Assembly: GCA_051294375.1 (NCBI GenBank) | Contig: JBJCIZ010000028.1 | Coordinates: 329,108-393,107 of the forward strand | Length of the DNA: 64,000 nt | Source: Paraspadella gotoi | Lineage: Eukaryota; Animalia; Chaetognatha | Reading direction: 5' to 3' | Shown here: in pieces, positions 62,862 to 64,000 of the stretch | Layout: each line of letters starts with the position of its first letter | How positions within the stretch are numbered: the stretch's first letter is position 1 | Notes under the pieces: generated by a model | Told to the model about the DNA's origin: nothing | The model's input: the letters and a program-made list of their open reading frames with translations, nothing else | Databases searched by the model: none | Position numbers and translations under genes: made by a program

Positions 62862-64000
62862 TCATTTTGGTCTTGATAGTCTATTTTTGGGCGCGTTACG
62901 GACGGTGGCTTTTTTCGGCGAGGCTGTCTTGGTTTTGTCCTCGCCATCATCGACCAAAGTAGACGCCCGGCGTTTTGGAGGGCGTCCGCGAGGCGGGGCT
63001 GCTGGGGGCGCCGGAGGATTTTCGGCGTCGATGGCCGCTGGCTTGACGCGATCGATTGTTATTGTTTCATTACCGCGGCCGGGAATCTCGATGACGACAT
63101 CACGTTGATGCCATGTGATGACGCGGTAGGGTCCGGCGTAAGGCGCCGAAAGAGCGCCAGCGTTGTTTGGACGACGGATGAAAACGAACTTTGCCTCCGT
63201 GAGTGAATCCGGCACTCGACAGGTTGGAACATCGTGCGCTGTGCCGGGGATTGGGCGCATGAGCGCGACGTCAAAGCGAAGATTGCGCAGGGTCTCTGCG
63301 CGCTGCGTGGCATCGACTTCCGGTTCCGGGTTTTCAGCACCGATAAGCTCACCTGGAATAGTGAGAACGTCGCCGGTAACCAATTCGGCTGGAGAAGCGT
63401 CGAGGTCGTTTTTGTGGGTAGTTCGCAGGCCGAGCAAGACCCAAGGGAGCTGAGAAACCCACTTGTCAGCAGCATTCTCGCAACGCGCCTTTAGAGATGC
63501 CTTTAAGCTACGATGCATCCGTTCAACCATGCCGTTTGCTTGTGGATGGTAGGCTGCAGTGAAGTTCAATTTAAAACCCACGGTTTCGGCGAGTTGGCGC
63601 CACAATTCAGACGTAAATTGGCTTCCTCTATCCGTGGTGACGGTGGCCGGTACGCCAAAACGCGCGATCCAATTTTGAAGGAAGGCCGCAGCGATGGTCG
63701 GCGTTGTTGTGTCGTGGAGAGGAATTGCTTCTGGCCAACGTGTATAACGGTCGACGCACGTCAGTAAGTGGGCGTGTCCATTGGAGACGGGAAGAGGGCC
63801 TACAATATCCACATGGACGTGCTGGAAACGTCGCTCAACAGGAGGGAATTGTTGTGGAGGTGCTTGGATGTGCTGGTGGATTTTTGAGCGCTGACATTGA
63901 GTGCATGTCCGCGTCCATTCCGCCACGTTGGAGGATGCTGAGGGCCAGATAAATCGACTTGTAATAAGTTTTTTGGTTGCACGTACGCCAGGGTGCGAAA
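62862..64000 (-). mobile_element. Ty3/Gypsy LTR-retrotransposon pol, integrase region (5'-partial)
   Basis: CTQCQ of the HHCC domain, HVDIVGPLP, VDRYTRWPEAIP, TTDRGSQFTS, YHPQANGMVERMHR, and GPY/F module LSAPYAGPYRV. Confidence 0.95.

Noticed and set aside
60900-64000. GC-rich tail as bacterial contamination or horizontal transfer
   Set aside because: The only clear ORF is a Gypsy integrase; no bacterial gene or operon structure is visible.

Overview
AT-rich, repeat-dense nuclear DNA of an invertebrate animal (spliceosomal introns, standard code; species not identifiable). It comes from an error-prone long-read assembly with N gaps, indel-rich stretches and local duplications. Genes: two C2H2 zinc-finger arrays (minus strand); three copies/paralogs of an intronless multi-pass membrane protein with an XK-related N-terminal domain; an 8-exon synaptotagmin-like gene lacking most Ca2+-binding Asp; a 3-coding-exon, 100-aa secreted cysteine-rich peptide precursor absent from the ORF track; and the first two exons of an SLC37 sugar-phosphate exchanger. 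Mobile DNA: an RTE-X-like LINE with filled and empty sites, a deleted Tc1 element, two MITEs, Helentron/DINE-like repeats, Penelope-like repeats with a minimal hammerhead ribozyme, a Ty3/Gypsy integrase and a possible tyrosine-recombinase remnant. The most unusual items are the orphan disulfide-rich peptide, a ~2.3 kb minisatellite built from a splice acceptor plus exon start inside the synaptotagmin gene, and two CCA-bearing tRNA retro-insertions. All family assignments are from motif recall; no searches were run.
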